A DNA stretch of 63,765 bases, filler included, from Olpidium bornovanus S191 (lineage: Eukaryota; Fungi; Olpidiomycota): assembly GCA_017911155.1 (NCBI GenBank). It is 30 parts of 30 records of this genome, joined end to end, with 100 filler letters (N's around TTAATTAATTAA, not from the genome) between each part and the next. Parts side by side here need not be neighbours in the genome. Positions count along the whole stretch, not along the records: positions 34,004 to 35,574 come from JAEFCI010000625.1; positions 35,675 to 40,066 come from JAEFCI010001746.1; positions 40,167 to 41,975 come from JAEFCI010009906.1; positions 42,076 to 43,108 come from JAEFCI010000669.1; positions 43,209 to 45,622 come from JAEFCI010007937.1; positions 45,723 to 47,833 come from JAEFCI010000204.1; 24 more parts are not named here. One strand, 5' to 3'. A program made the position numbers and the translations under genes. Positions 34,004 to 46,571 of this stretch are shown piece by piece. The notes under the pieces were generated by a model. It searched no databases and was not told the DNA's origin. It was given only the letters and a program-made list of their open reading frames with translations. The number at the start of each line of letters is the position of its first letter. Within the stretch, counting starts at the first letter, position 1.

Positions 34004-35344
34004 AGAGGCCGCCACGTCGGGCGCCACGGCGGGATCTGTCACGTCGACATTCCATTTGGCGAGAAGGCGCTCGACCTCAGTCCTCAGCCCCGAGTAGCTG
34101 AACGCCATCTTCCGCTTCCCATGGTTCGTCGACATTGGCACTGGGAACAAATAAGCATCCGGGTTGCCCCGCTCGGCCACCAGCTCCAGTGCCGCTCCCG
34201 CCGGACCTCCCACGCCGTGCAGCCACGGTATCCGAAGCAGGCGCGCGGTCTTGTCAAAAGCCTCTCCGACACTCTCATCTCCGCTTGCCGCGAGGACCTT
34301 GTACTGGCCCACATCCTCCGCAAGAACGATCATTGTGTGTCCGCCGCTGATGAGAAGGGCCAGGAAGGGGAACGACGGCGGTTTCCGAGCCGAGAAGCGC
34401 GGTGTCAGTGCGTGGGCTTCCTTGGTTGTAGGACGTAAGTTAAACGGACCGCACGTTAGTCCACGTCGTGCAAACGCAACCGCGTCCTCACACGTCCAAT
34501 TGTATCCTCTGGCAGATTCAGTCGCCCACCATATGGTTCACTGCCACAATCGGCTTCCGCGCGACTGCAGCAAGCGCGCAGGCGACATTGATCCCGACCG
34601 CCAAGCACGGCGATATTCCGGGACCGCGCGTCACGGCCACCGCATCCAGGTCCTTCAAATCCAATCGAGCGTCGTCAAGCGCTTGCCGAACCAGAGCCGG
34701 GAGTTCAAGTGCATGGCTGGCCGCTGCGGCGTGCGGATATATGCCGCCCAGCGGTTCGTGGATAGTCGTCTGGTGGTGAATACGCTCCGAAAGGATCTCC
34801 CGCCGCGAGTTAATCACGGCTACCGCTGTATCGTCGCATGAGGTCTCAATGCTGCAGACAAAAGCGAATATGGAGAACGTCAGGCGAAATCGTGAAAACC
34901 CGAGCAAACGGACACCTAATCTTTCTGCCGGGCCGAGCACCCTTCCGCGGTTTCCCACCCTAGTATCTTTAGGACTCTGCCGTCCGGGGCAACGTTGTCC
35001 CAGCTCCGTCCACTATCCTCGTCCGCATTCGCCGTGTCCGGCGTGTGTACTTCAGCAGACACGTCAACTGCAGCGAGAACCGTCGGCAACGCTTCACTTT
35101 GAAACGGCGGACCTGCGCACGGCGCGGTGCCCCGCGTTCGAATGGCTGCGGTCCCGAAACCGAACAAGCGGTCGGAAGTGCTCGGACGGTGCAGGCGCTG
35201 CAGGGCGAGCGAGAATGGGGAGAACGCTGGCGCTGGGCAACGTGGACTCCACGAGGAGGACGGGCGGCGGAAGGCGAGGGCGTAAACGACCGCAGCCACT
35301 CGCTGCGGTAGTCGCGGCACGGCGGATACTGCTGCGGTCGGCAT
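34004..35344 (-). CDS. QRI7: Mitochondrial tRNA t6A37 threonylcarbamoyltransferase (Qri7/OSGEPL1, TsaD family), 3' end missing
   Basis: LGIETSCDDTAVAV; HEPLGGIYP; AVTRGPG; VNHM; LLISGGHT; DESVGEAFDKTARLL; FSYSGLRT; basic presequence-like N-terminus. Confidence 0.93.
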
Positions 35345-35674
35345 TCTGGCCCAAACCGGAACAGCTCCGTCTATTTTACGAAAACGTCCCGCTCTCTCTG
35401 CCGGCGCCACCACCAAAAAGCGAGCGAGGCGTATAAAAATCCAACCATAATTTTTTCCCGCCACACGGTAACAAATCCCTTGGTGCCCAGCGAACCCCGC
35501 CCTGCGGCCACCACAATTTTCGCAATTTGCTGTGTCACGCCCAGAAGAAAAGCTCTTTCAATTGTTTGGGCATGNNNNNNNNNNNNNNNNNNNNNNNNNN
35601 NNNNNNNNNNNNNNNNNNTTAATTAATTAANNNNNNNNNNNNNNNNNNNNNNNNNNNNNNNNNNNNNNNNNNNN

Positions 35675-35822
<148 letters not shown>

Positions 35823-36624
35823 AACGAAAACAAGAGGTCGTTCCTGAACCAGTAGGCTTTGGGCCTACAGGGAGTTTTCGTTCGCTTTCTAAGGTCAAAA
35901 GTTTCCTATGCTACTCTCCACGCGGCCGTCATCAACACTCACGTGAGACACGTCCAGGAAGGAAGGAACGAAGGAAAATGCCGGCCTTTACCCTGGTATT
36001 TCCGTGAAGCACAGAACTGGGTTCCCAGGTTTAAGTTAAGGTGTAAAAAAGGGCATAGCCCCTCTGTCTAATTTTCATTGATCTATTTCCGAGGGAAGCC
36101 CCGTTCTGGTGTGCACGCCTAATGCTTCAGAGGGGTTGTCCGGTTCTGGTAAGTGCCCCTTGCATTGCGAGGGAGGAAGGGTGTTCCATTCTCTTGGCCC
36201 CCTGCCTCTTCAAAGGGAGCGAAAGTGAGGACAGGATGCGCGTCGTGTAACCCCCCTTTTAGTATTGTATCGTAAAAAGAGGTAGGCCGTATATAATATC
36301 CACAGGGATGGTTTTATGCACGGCAAGAAAGATTACGTGGCATTACGTAGTGAAAATATGACATAATTGTCCTTAGACACGCCCTCTTGGGCCGTATGTA
36401 TCAGTTCACGTGTAAAGTGTATGGGAAGGATACATTCGGACAAAACCTCGATGGACAAAATGACAAATATATGTCAAGAACACGACATAATGGCGACAAA
36501 TGCGCGGCGTGCGAGCGACGATGGGCGGGGAAGAGGGAAACGAGCAGGGAAACATGCATAAAAAAAAAAACGAAGATCAAAGGAAGAATGCCAATTTCGC
36601 CGGATTCATTCCTAGCCATCATTG

Positions 36625-36822
36625 CCTGCATCCTCACGCGCATCCATCCTCACGCGCCTCCATCCTCACGCGCCTCCATCCTCACGCGCCTCCATCCTCC
36701 ATCCTCGTCCATCCTCATCCATTGCCTCCATCCTCACGCGCATCCATCCTCCCGCGCCTCCATCCTCACGCGCCTCCATCCTCCATCCTCGTCCATCCTC
36801 ATCCATTGCCTCCATCCTCACG
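36625..36822. repeat. Minisatellite: 16-bp CATCCTCACGCGCMTC units with an 84-bp higher-order repeat
   Basis: Direct reading; ATCCTCGTCCATCCTCATCCATTGCCTCC recurs at 36701 and 36785. Confidence 0.9.
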
Positions 36823-37365
36823 GCTTTTGAGCCTTCCACGGCCTTGGCGTGCCTTGCAGGTCAAGACAGGCCCAGAACAAGACATGAGCCGTTCCTTCGG
36901 TTTGACGCCGAGCGGCGCAATGCTTTCCCTGACTGGGTTGGCATAGGCGAGCATGTAAAGTCTCGTATTTGCTTGCTGTCAGGGGTTTCCTTTCTACCCT
37001 GTCATTCACCAGCGGCCAATCTTATCCCCACCTGAGGTCAGCGGCACTGTCGAGGTAGAACAGTCATTTCGGGTTGGCGTGGTGGCCATGATCCCGTCAA
37101 ATAGGCGAACGTTTACGTAGCACAGATTGCGATCAATGCGGCCACTGAAGGCTTCGTGGAAAATATACATATATATATATATGACTGATCTATGGGCGTT
37201 GCAATCCGTATATGCGAAATTTGCGCAAACACAGATTTTTTTGAAAAGCGAAGGTAACACGTGGAGGAAGTTCGAAGACAACCAATGTCGCAGTACGAAC
37301 TTGGTAGGGGAAAAAGCTCGAATATTACAACTTAGCAGAAAGCCAGAAACCGACCGCTTTTCAGA

Positions 37366-39250
37366 TCACAGGATATAGCGTTCAACCTTCTTCCTCAGTT
37401 CTTCCGTTCTCTCCTCATTGCTCATTTCCGAAACTGCGCACGCACTCCTCCGCGACAACTCCTTCACCGACCGAGCCATATACGGCGGCAGCAACAGCGT
37501 CGCCTCCTGCTCGGCTTGCGTCCGCCCCGGGTCCCGCCGTAGTCGAGGGGAGAGGAGCGACTCGGAAAGGCAGGAGCGGCAGCCATAGCAGATGAACGCG
37601 TCGATGGGGTCCGGAGAGTGCCGAACTAAAGTGGGCGCCGAGGCGAGCAGCGGTTTGGACGCAGCGGAATCCGACGTCACCGAGCTGGCGGCGTCACCCG
37701 GGGGCAGTGAGACGGTAATACGCCGCACCCAGTCGGCGGTGCCCGGTTGGGTCGCACTGGCCATTCATGGTGCAATGGTCGTATGGGGCACAGGAAAGCG
37801 AAACTTTAAGATTCGTAGCGAACAGGAAGTAAGGCCGATAAAAAGACACTCACGAAAAGCAGATGGGGCATCTCCAGTGCTGCCGATCACTCGATGCTCT
37901 CGTGGTCACCTTCGCGACCGTCCGAGCGACAGTTGAGACCGTTGCAGGAAAACCCTTGTCAAGCCCGACGATGAAATCTGAAAGACCATGCGATAGATAA
38001 GTAAGAGTCGTGCGTCAGGAAATTGATAACTACATTACAAATATCTCGCGATTTGCATGGGCGATAGAATCACTTCACGCGACGCGGCGGCGTAAATCAA
38101 TCAGAGCGTACCTTCGGTCAAGCGCTCTATGCTTCCCTTGACTTGAGACCGCGGTATCAGTAAACGGGTATGTACCAGCGAACGGTCCAAACCTAGGTAC
38201 CAGTTATAGATGCCAATCTCCTTTGCAAGCAGGTCGCTCAAAGGCCGCAAGAATGTCAACGCGCCCGACGTGCACTGGTCGGCAGAGTTCAAAAAACCTT
38301 AGAGCGATATGATGTGTAAGCTCGCAAGTGAGCAACTCCGCGTCAAAAGCGGACACGGCGATCAAGGGATCTCCTCGTTTCTGCATACCTTCACATCCCA
38401 GATCGCCTACGTCCTTGTTGACGACAGCAGTTTCCTGTGGCATCACGTACCCCCGTCCCTCGGAAGTCAAGGACAAGGCCCGCACAGCGAGCCTCGTCAT
38501 CGAATTCCCGAACATAACAACCTGGCATCGTTCTCGCCGCGCGATCGACGCCAGGAGCCTGATCCGCAACTGCCTGACGAGCGCCTCGCGGCCGGAGCCC
38601 TTCAGAACTTTCAGAGCGGACATCAACTGCTCCGTGCTGTTCGTAGAGTCAGCCGGGACGAAAGAAGACTGAATCGCCGATCCGGCCGCGTTGGAAGATA
38701 CGGACAGCAGCCTCGGTTCTCCGGGCGCTGCATCGATGTCGTAGGCGGCTTCGAGGGAGCAACCGACGAACTCAAAGCCGGACAACTCGGCGACCCGTCG
38801 CGCCGCGTCGGCCGTGGCGGCGCGCTTCTCCGCGCCCTCGCAGAAGGCGACCGACTCGTCGACGTGGGCAACGACGGCGCCGGAAAACAGCCTCGGCGCC
38901 TGCCGGCCCAGCTTTTCCGCCGCGTCGCCCTGCAAGGCGCGGAAGGCGTGCAGAAGCAGGCGGGAGGCGGGACCGCCGGAAAAGGCCAGCAGGACGCGGG
39001 CGCCTTCGTCCGGCGCCTGGGACAGCTGCGGGCGGACCCTCTGCACGCTGGCATGGAACTTGTGCCTGACGCCGGCGATGAAGCAGTCTCTGCAGAAGAG
39101 GGCGTGGCGCAGCGCCACGTTCGCCGGTCTCCGCTTGCACTTCCCGCAGTCCTTTCCGCGGCGGCTTTCGGACGCGCGGAGCGCCCCGGCGGCCGTCCCG
39201 TCGCTGCGCGCCCGGTGTTCGTCTCCGGGTCCTGCTGCCGCGTCGCACAT
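37366..39250 (-). CDS. CTU2: Cytoplasmic tRNA 2-thiolation protein 2 (Ncs2/CTU2)
   Basis: CGKCK...FCRDCF; VLLAFSGGPAS; VAHVDES; FGNSMTRLAVRALSLTSEGRG; RPLSDLLAKEIGIY; C-terminal ICYGC. Confidence 0.93.
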
Positions 39251-39419
39251 GTACACCCCCCGGTGGTGGCTGCGGGTGGGTGGCACGGCCGGGTAGGGCG
39301 GTCTGGAGGGGTCGGAGTGTGGCGCGCCGACGGGTAAAGGAATTGAAACGTTCCCCTGTTTTCTCCGACTCGACCGAACAAAATAAAATAAAACAAACAA
39401 ATAATAATAATAATTTATC

Positions 39420-39491
39420 CTCCGAATCGGGGAATCGAACCCCGGCCGTCCCGGTGAGAGCGGGAAATCCTAGCCACTGGACCAATTCGGA
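39420..39491 (-). tRNA. tRNA-Glu(CTC), intronless
   Basis: TCCGAATTGGTCCAGTGGCTAGGATTTCCCGCTCTCACCGGGACGGCCGGGGTTCGATTCCCCGATTCGGAG: 7-bp acceptor stem, CTC anticodon, GTTCGATTC T-loop, T-rich downstream sequence. Confidence 0.96.
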
Positions 39492-39711
39492 CTGCGAGAT
39501 CTGGGTCAATAACTGCGCCCGAAGGTTACAAAACGGTTACATACAGCTCCAATGACCCTTAAGGCTTCCCTCACAAATACGATTGCACAAATGACAGTAT
39601 GTTAACCCAACAGTTACGTTGGCCTTCAAAGTCCTTTTCCACAGTTACATTGAGGGTGACCCCGCATGAGGCAACGAATAATCTCACCGTTTGTGATCAA
39701 AAACGAGACAT

Positions 39712-39970
39712 TTGCTACACCTCGGTGAGCATCGCTCCCTCAGTTATAGCGCCAGGTTACCCTGCCGTTCACCCAGAAAAATGGTTGTCAAAAGGCATTA
39801 TCACATCTTAAAGTTAAACTAAAACATACGTCATGTCTATTGCTACACCTCGGTGAGCTTCGCTCATTAAGAAATAGCGCCCGGCTTACCCTTGACGCTC
39901 ACCTGGAAAAGCGTCGTGAAACGGCGTATCATACATCAGGAATGACATGAAGTTGGCGTTAAAACATTTG
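39712..39970 (+). repeat. Dispersed repeat family, copies B and C (diverged tandem pair, period about 128 bp)
   Basis: TTGCTACACCTCGGTGAGC(A/T)TCGCTC...ATAGCGCC(A/C)GG...TTACCCT...TCACC...GAAAA at 39712 and 39840. Confidence 0.85.
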
Positions 39971-40265
39971 ACGTATCTCAGCGTCATAGTGTTAGATTGA
40001 ACGCAAAAGCCCCGTCGCAAAACCCCAAAAATAAACAACTGAAAATTAGAATGAAACGACAGGAAANNNNNNNNNNNNNNNNNNNNNNNNNNNNNNNNNN
40101 NNNNNNNNNNTTAATTAATTAANNNNNNNNNNNNNNNNNNNNNNNNNNNNNNNNNNNNNNNNNNNNCAATAAAAAAAAAAAAAAAAATAAAAAAAAACCC
40201 CCCCCCCCCCCCCCCCCATCCGTCGAGCTTCGACCCAGACGGAGCGAGAAGAGCGAGAGACATCG

Positions 40266-41975
40266 ATGGCGGACGACGACGAGGTGGACGCAAACCCTGC
40301 TGCCGAGGGCGAGCACGGCGGGCCGAGACTCGCCGTCCCGAGCGAAGCGGCCGCCGCGGACGAAGCTGCCGGTCGCGGATGGGAAGGACGACGAGGAGGG
40401 GGAGGAGGAAGAGGTGGTGGCGGTGACGGCGGCGATGGACAAGTCCCGGCGACCGCAGCCGGCTTCCGGCTTCCGGCTTCCGAGCCGGACGCCGCCGCAG
40501 GCGGGTCCTCGGGGTGCGGCAGGCTCGCCGCCGGGCGCAAGGGCTCCTCCGTCGGAGAAGAGAACGATGGGGCTGCCGCCGCCCTTTCTTCTGCCGCCGG
40601 TGCGGCCTACCCTCCCGTTCCGCCGTCCGCCGCCGTGATCAGGCGCGTGAGCCCGCGGGGGAAGAAGCCCCGGCTGCCGCCGGGAAAGCCCGACGACGGC
40701 GTCGCCGCCGCCGCCGCCGCCTGCGAGCCTGCCCCGACGTCGGCAGTGGCGGCGGCGGCGGCGGCGGCGGCGCCTGCGGTGGAGCGGAAACAAGGCGCGA
40801 AGCCCAGGGCCGCGAAGCGCATGGCCTCCTCCTCTCCCGCCGCCGCTGCCGGCCCTCGCACCGCCGAGTCTAAGCTCCGCGAGGGGAACGTCGAGCCCCG
40901 GCTGGCCAAGAGGCGCCGCAGCGTGCCCTCGTCGCCCGTCGCCCGCTCGAACGACACCGTTCCCGCTCCGCCCGCGCCGCCTGTCCGGTCAACCAGGGCG
41001 CGTCCCCGCTGGCACAACGCGAACTACCTGCTTTTTCTCGCCCTCAGGCAGCACCCCCAGAAGGCCGTTCCGAGGACGGAGCTGATACTCGCCGCGTTGG
41101 CGCTGGACGAGAAGATCTCGAAGGAAAAGGGACTGCCCAGGGTGTTTAAGGGAAAGGTCCGGCGACCCGTCTTCCACCCCCTCCCCCTGGGGTGGTTTTT
41201 TTTTATTTACCCTAACAAGGCACGCTTTTTTGTCCTGCGGGACCGGAACCAGACAATGCTTTAACCGTCGAACTCTTTGGTTCCCAGACACCAATGAACA
41301 CTGCCTCCGCGACGCTCACGTGCAACACCGACAAATTTTTTGTGTCCTTCCGCCCCGAGGGGTCTCGCAGTATGTGGTTCAGGCTTGCCTTCGAGCCGGC
41401 CGACTTCGACTCCGCCGTCGCCGCGTACGACTCCTGGGTCTGCCGACTTGTGCAGCACGACTGGCCGCTATGCTTCGGCAGGCGCATCCTCCTTCTTGAC
41501 GACGCGCGAACCAGGGCCATACCGGGCCTGCAACAGCGGATCCAGAAGTGGGACAAGGAGTGTGCGGAGCAGAGGAAAGCCGAAGAGTCCTTGAATCTCC
41601 TCGCCCGCGGCACCCCTTCAAGGTACGAGACCAGGGCGCGGGTCGCCGGGTCGCCCGGGTCGCCCGGATCAGACAAGGAGAACAAGGACAAGGCGGAGGA
41701 GGGCGAGGAGGGAGATGCGGAGCGAGGGGTTCGAAGGTAAGGCGCGGCTCCAGGCCGAGCTCGCCGAGCGTTCGGAACGTTGGTATTGTGTTTGTGCGCT
41801 CCTTGCACCGCCGCCAAACCTGGTTCCGTTCTCGCCGCCGGACAGGTTGGAAATGGCAAGCGCGTCCTCGGTCAAACGACAACCGCTCGAGACCGCGGAC
41901 GCGGACGCGGGCTCCGGATCTTCTTTTCCGAAAGGGGATCCGCGTCATTACCTTTCGCCGTTTCCCGAGGGCATG
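40266..41975 (+). CDS. HARE-HTH (ASXL-type winged-helix) domain protein, 5' part
   Basis: Low-complexity N-terminus, then WHNANYLLFLALRQHPQKAVPRTELILAALALDEKISKEKGLPRVFKGK|TPMNTASATLTCNTDKFFVSF, matching the HARE-HTH TP.N..SA.L motif. Confidence 0.7.
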
Positions 41976-42076
41976 NNNNNNNNNNNNNNNNNNNNNNNNN
42001 NNNNNNNNNNNNNNNNNNNTTAATTAATTAANNNNNNNNNNNNNNNNNNNNNNNNNNNNNNNNNNNNNNNNNNNNC

Positions 42077-43108
42077 ATGAACTGTCTCAACAGCGTCTTC
42101 AAAATCGGCGAATTGGACGAGAGGAACTCTCTCAAATGCCAGCTGAATAACTACATCCTTTTCGGTTCCTCCATCCTCCTGGTCGCCGTGATCCTGGTGA
42201 AATTCCTTGCCGCGCTCCAGCTCGGCGGACAGCCGAACCCGGAAGACTGCGACAAGTTCGTCATAATCCAGGTCCCCTGTTACACCGAGGGCGAAGATTC
42301 ACTAAAAAAGACCTTGGACAGCTGCGCCGGTCTGCGGTACGACGACAAGCGGAAGCTCCTTTTCGTCATCTGCGACGGCATGATCGTCGGTGGCGGAAAC
42401 GACCGCGCGACCCCGAAGATCGTGCTGGACATCCTAGGGGTCGACGCGAGCGTGAACCCCGAGCCCTTGGCATACCGCGCCATCGGCGACGGTTCGAAAC
42501 AGCTGAACTACGGCAAAATCTACTCCGGCCTTTACGAGTACGAGGGGCACGTGGTCCCTTATCTCGTAGTGGTGAAGGTCGGGAAGCCATCGGAGCGCGC
42601 CCGGCCAGGAAACCGCGGCAAGCGCGACTCGCAGATCATCCTCATGAATTTCCTCAACAGGGTGCACTTCGACACGCCAATGTCGCCGATGGAGCTGGAG
42701 ATGTACCACCAGATCAAAAACGTGATCGGCGTGCACCCGTCGTTCTACGAGTACATTCTCATGGTGGACGCCGATACCGAGGTCGTCCCGGACTCGCTGA
42801 ATCGGCTCATCTCGTGCATGATGCACGACGGGCGCATCATGGGCCTCTGCGGCGAGACTCAACTCGCAAACGAGGACAGGTCAATCACGACGATGATGCA
42901 GGTCTACGAGTACTACATCTCCCACCACTTGGCCAAGGCCTTCGAGTCGCTCTTCGGGTCGGTCACATGTTTGCCGGGTTGTTTCTGCATGTACAGGATC
43001 CGGACGCCGGCAAAGGGAAGCCCCTTGATCATTTCGAACGACGTCATCGCCGACTACTCGGAGTGCATCGTAGACACTTTGCACAAGAGAAACTTGCTTT
43101 CGCTCGGA
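42077..43108 (+). CDS. CHS: Chitin synthase, division 2 (class V/VII-like), internal fragment
   Basis: [12 protein letters not shown]; [14 protein letters not shown]; [10 protein letters not shown]; [10 protein letters not shown]; ILMVDADT; GLCGET; [29 protein letters not shown]; [11 protein letters not shown]. Confidence 0.98.
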
Positions 43109-43243
43109 NNNNNNNNNNNNNNNNNNNNNNNNNNNNNNNNNNNNNNNNNNNNTTAATTAATTAANNNNNNNNNNNNNNNNNNNNNNNNNNNNNNNNNNNN
43201 NNNNNNNNCCCCCCGGCCCCTTTCCCCAAAACCGGAGAACCCC

Positions 43244-43276
<33 letters not shown>

Positions 43277-43299
43277 TGCCGGACCAAGGGTAAACTCAC

Positions 43300-45444
43300 G
43301 AGAGCGTCTTCAATCATCTTGACTGCCAGCATGATGTTTCCGATTTCGCGAAACGCTTGGAACACGAAAGTGTGCAGGTCCGCGTAGCCGAGAACCGGGC
43401 GCAGTATCGCCTGGAAGTAGTCGTACGTCCCTTTTCATTGCGCGAAAAAGAAAAAAAAATGTGGGCAAAGTCGAACAAATCTTTTTTGGCCGGGCGGATT
43501 GTGGGCACAAAAAAAAAACAAAAAAAAGGGAGGAAAAAGGCGCCGCCGAGCCGATGATGACGACCGACTCCGATTTATTACCCTGGGGTCCGTACTCGAA
43601 GAGAGGCAGCTTGAAAAATTGAGGTAGCGCCGGCCCCAGGGTCCGAACGTACAGGGTGGTTTCTTGGCTGAGCTGCGCGCGCGGTTTCGATCAGAGGCGA
43701 CGAACGGGAGACCGGGGGACGGCCTCGTCCCCAAACGGAATTTTTTAAACGGCGTGATCGGCGGGGTGCGGTGGTTTCGTTACGATCGGCGAAAGCTATA
43801 TATATATATATAAGAAAACTCACCAAAACCTTCAGGTATTTCAACATTTCTCCTATCACGACGGGAACACTCCGCCGGCCGATCAGCCGCACGATGGTCT
43901 GGAAGTGCACCGCGTCGACGAAGTTGTTGAACGTGCGATACTTGACGTTGTTGAGCAGGTGTATGTTCTTACAAACGCGCAGAGGCGGCGGCAACCATCG
44001 GTTTCAAGAGTTTTTCATTAGGAGACACACTGAATCCCTTTCTTTCTCTCTCCCTCTCTCTCTCTCTCACTCTCTCTCTCTATCTCCGGTTTTTCTTTTT
44101 TCCCGAACGGTAGACGAAACGGCGGCGATGTTACCTTGGCGCCGTACATGAAAATTTGGTTTGACTTTGTCAGCGCCGGCCGCGCGACCGGGTCGGCTAT
44201 CTGTACAGTTGATCTCACGAAACTTCGGTAGGAGGACGACATCGGGTGGGGGAAAGGAGGGTGAACGGAATAGTCAGCTTAGGTTCCCGTCACAATACCC
44301 ACCTGTCACTACTTACGTGGCCCCTCGAACGGCCGAGGGGGAGAGAAAGAGAGAGAGGTAGAAAAAGAGAAACAGGGTGTGTGTTGGGGGAGGGGGAGGG
44401 GGGGGGGAGGAGAATACCGGTTCGTCACGGAATTGTAGCAGAAGTTCGCGGCGAAATCCCCGGTCAGCTCCGCGACGACGTGCGAGATGACCCGCCCTTC
44501 AAACGAGTTCAGCGACGTGCGGTCGTCCATCTCGACGTGCATGTCCTCGAACGGGTCGAGGTCCAGGAACTGGCTCATCAGCTCGTGCGTCAGCCGCGCG
44601 TTCTCGACGAGGTTCTCCAATTCCTGCCCGCGCGGTTTCGGTTTTTTCGCGAAAAAAAAAAATAAAAAAACGCGGATCAAAATACATATCCCTGTTGTTT
44701 TTTCCGGCGGGAACGAAAAAAACCGCAAAAAAAGGGGGGTTGGGGGGGGGGGGGGGGAACGCTCGCCGTACCACCACGGCGCAGATGTCGCTCGACTCGA
44801 AGCGGGTTATGGCCATGTCGAGGCTTTTTCGGATATGCTGGTTTACCGTCTGCGCCACGAACTTGGCGATGTTGACTTTCCGCCCCAGAAACTGCGGATC
44901 AGAAAAAGCTTGCTTTTAAGTGTTGTGTGCTTCCCTCCCCCCCTCCGCCCTGCAAACCGTCCGGCTTCTCTCTCTCCCTCTCTGGCGCGCAAGCAACTAA
45001 AAAAAGGGGGGAAAAAAGCGGGCAACAATCGTCTTTGGCAAACCTGGTACGTTTTCGTCCGCAAGATCGGTTCGTATCCGGCGACCAACGTCTCCCACTG
45101 CGTGTCCACGTTGTTCGCCATGTCGTTCACCCTGGTTTTGAAGCTCTTGTCCAGGCGCATGCTAAAAGGTTTTCCGAAAGTAATGATCTGCACCGATTGG
45201 AATCCGGCGCGCGGTCACGCGCGCAGATCCCCTCCCCCCCTCCCCCCTCCCCCACCCAAAAAAGAAAGGAAAGAAAGAAGGAAGAACCCAAAAAAAGAAA
45301 GGAAAAAAAGAAGGAAGAAGGGGGGGGAGGAAGGGGGGGGGGACATAACTCGAGGGAGGGCGCTGACCTTGACGCCTTGACTTTGAACGACGCAAAAATC
45401 TTCTCGCTGATCTTGAAGATGAACTGGTCAAAACACAGGTTCAT
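43300..45444 (-). CDS. CYFIP: CYFIP/Sra1 (PIR121), WAVE regulatory complex subunit, internal fragment
   Basis: NLCFDQFIFKISEKIF; KSLDMAITRFESSDI; ELENLVENARLTHELMSQFLDLDPF; GRVISHVVAELTGDFAANFCYNSVTNR|FVRS; NNFVDAVHFQTIVRLIG; KLPLFEYG; QAFREIGN. These are colinear with CYFIP1. Confidence 0.93.
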
Positions 45445-45723
45445 CTGAGAGTTTCCGGGGAATCGAATTTTTTTTTCCCGTACCGGTGACCAAAAAAAGA
45501 ACATGAAAAGGAGAATAAGAAGAAAGAAGACGAAGCGGGGGCGAGAGTGCGAGTGTGCACGTTTGAAAAAGTCGGTTAACAGTTATTTTTTTTTCTTTTT
45601 TGAAATGCGGGTCGCAAAAACCNNNNNNNNNNNNNNNNNNNNNNNNNNNNNNNNNNNNNNNNNNNNTTAATTAATTAANNNNNNNNNNNNNNNNNNNNNN
45701 NNNNNNNNNNNNNNNNNNNNNNC

Positions 45724-46571
45724 ATGCCGTCGTCGCCGGCGTCCGCCCTTGTCGCGGACGACCAGGCGGAAGCGTCGGTTGACGTCCCGGAAGAGAAACT
45801 TGATCCCGACTCGTGTCGCTTCAAGGCTGCCCAGCTCTTCAAAGAGCGCAACGAGGCGTTCCGTAAGGCGGCCACGGCGTACTGTTCGGGAAACGCCGTT
45901 GGGATTGGCAAGGGCCGGATACTTTCTAGTTACTTTTCTGACGAGGGCCACCGGCTCAACCGGCTCGCCAAATTGTGGGAGGTGAAGGCCGCGACGGCGA
46001 AGATCGAGCAACAGCTCAAGTTGGTTTCCTCTTCATACTTTCGTCTAATCGGTTTGGAAGTTGCGCTGTTTTTTTGACGTTCTTCCCCCCCATACTGTGC
46101 TGTTTTTCAAGCGCCTCTCGGTAATATCGCCCACTTCAATTTTTTTCTTGAATATTGGTTTTATTTGCAGGGCCCAGGGAAACTCCTCCATTGTTGACCT
46201 TCACGGGCTGACGACGGCCGAGGCCCTTCCCATTGTCCGCCGATTGACGGAAAGGTGGTGGAACCAAGGTGTGCACGCGGACTGCGCAGGTGGCCGTCCA
46301 AAGTTCTTACCGCGCCTCTTTCCTGTGCACGGCGGCGTTTTAATTCTCGGTTCGAACGCCACCAAAATGAAATCCGGTTTTCCGTAACTTGGCAGCTGGC
46401 CAGCCGAAAAACAGCGCGCCGCTGACGTTCATCTGCGGCCGTGGAATCCACTCGCTCGGTGGCGTCGCGAGGCTCTTCCCCGCCGTAGCGAAGGACCTTG
46501 TTGAAAGCGGCTGGGACGTCTCACTCGAAGAGCTCGGCTGCGTCGTCGTCAAGAGAAAGCTCCCGAAATGA
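45724..46571 (+). CDS. DUF1771 plus Smr-domain endonuclease (Cue2/N4BP2-like), 3' part
   Basis: ERNEAFRKAATAY...YFSDEGH; IVDLHGLTTAEAL; LTFICGRGIHSLGGVARLFPAV; stop at 46571. Confidence 0.88.

Noticed and set aside
36850-37300. RFDAERRNAFPDWVGIGEH as an endonuclease G/Nuc1-like fragment
   Set aside because: Only a short, loose match; the DRGH catalytic motif and continuing exons were not found.
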